Source: Octopus vulgaris (lineage: Eukaryota). From it: DNA of 64,000 bases. Below are positions 63,050 through 64,000 of this stretch, piece after piece. Position 1 is the first letter of the stretch; each line of letters begins with the position of its first letter. The stretch lies in NCBI GenBank assembly GCA_951406725.2, contig OX597814.1, positions 161,200,001 to 161,264,000 on the forward strand, written 5' to 3'. The translations under genes and the position numbers were made by a program. Under the pieces are notes generated by a model. The model was not told the origin of the DNA and did not search any database. It saw nothing but the letters and a program-made list of their open reading frames with translations.

Positions 63050-63960
63050 TATTAGGGAAGTAATTATTTGCCCACTTCTCAAGCATTGCTAAATTATTAA
63101 AAATTAAAGGACTAATATCTCATTTTAAGTTGCATTCATAGGTTTTGGAAAACATTTGAAGAATTTTCTATTTCAATTTTCTTACCTATTTTTTCTCTCA
63201 TTGTGCAAATCTTATCTTTTCTTCCCCCCCCCCTGCATTTTAGTATTTATTTTATTTAAATGTTAGGAAGATATATGTTAGAAATGAGTGTGAAAAATAT
63301 ATTAATTTTGTGCACCAAAACTCATTTTGAAGTAAATCACAAAATTCAATTTGACAATTCTCTTGTAAAAGTATAAACACCATTCTCTTATATCATATAC
63401 ACAACAAAGCACTTGACCTCTTGAGAGCCAATGAACTTCATTGCACAAAATCAGTTTTATAACCTTGCTTCCATCTTTTCCTAAATATGCGAATGAACTT
63501 GTTTCAAGAGATCTACTTTTAACATAATTAGGCTTTTTAATAACTTGTTCCATAACTAATTTTGATTTATTTATAATTGTTTTGGGCAACTTATATGTCA
63601 TGATGTGAAAAGCAATTAATGGTTAGAATATTTACAACTTCTGTTTTTGACAATGCTGTAAAGCCATTTGATAAACCACTGATTGAAAGTGCATCGTCTG
63701 TACATAATTTTATACAATTAGTTCATTGCAAAATGTTTTTCTTCAAAAAGCTAAAATTTTAAATACATGTTCACTTCTGCTTTTTAAGAGAAATTTTTGA
63801 ATGAAACATATAAAGCAATTTTTGTGCTGACTTACATCTGTTGACTCATCTATGTGTAATGCAAACATTCTATTATCGTTTGTTAAAATATTTTTCTTAT
63901 GCATTTTAATATCTTTAGACATATCTCAAATCTGTCTTTCAATCTTATTGTGTGTTAAAA
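63050..63960 (-). pseudogene. Degenerate hAT (Buster/Charlie, ZBED5/SCAND3-like) transposase
   Basis: ALHIDESTDVSQH (63862-63824), CTDDALSI (CTDGA-like) and NEVHWLSRGQVL (TEVRWLSRGKVL-like) on the minus strand with stops/frameshifts. Confidence 0.85.
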
Positions 63961-64000
63961 GAATTCTTTTATTTTTTTTTATTTTGAATTCAAATTTGGA

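Overview
AT-rich, microsatellite-laden eukaryotic DNA with no intact protein-coding gene; most ORF-track entries are microsatellite or repeat artefacts. The repeat families (several tRNA-headed SINEs, RTE LINE 3' ends with (GAT)n tails) look like an Octopus/coleoid cephalopod genome (inference from recalled repeat families, no search run). Transposon relics recognisable at protein level: R4/Dong-type RLE LINE (4557-5725), Tc1 (~13.9 kb), mariner (20.1-20.5 kb), CR1/Jockey-group LINE pieces (22 kb, 61 kb), RTE C-terminus (62.4 kb) and hAT Buster/Charlie transposase (63-64 kb). There are also Helitron-like termini, TTAA-flanked piggyBac-like MITEs and long palindromic MITEs. Most notable: three unrelated minimal type I hammerhead ribozyme motifs (7713-7773 +, 41421-41460 +, 58586-58633 -) in short microsatellite-flanked inserts typical of Penelope-like elements. 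Also notable: a twin-priming-like inversion in the R4/Dong element, a near-identical inverted duplication enclosing a candidate exon (47.9-48.8 kb), two CpG-retaining islands with an RFX X-box-like motif and candidate divergent non-coding exons, and a block-conserved dispersed pair (12.3 kb / 50.1 kb). Coordinates were counted by eye; edges of degenerate repeats are approximate.
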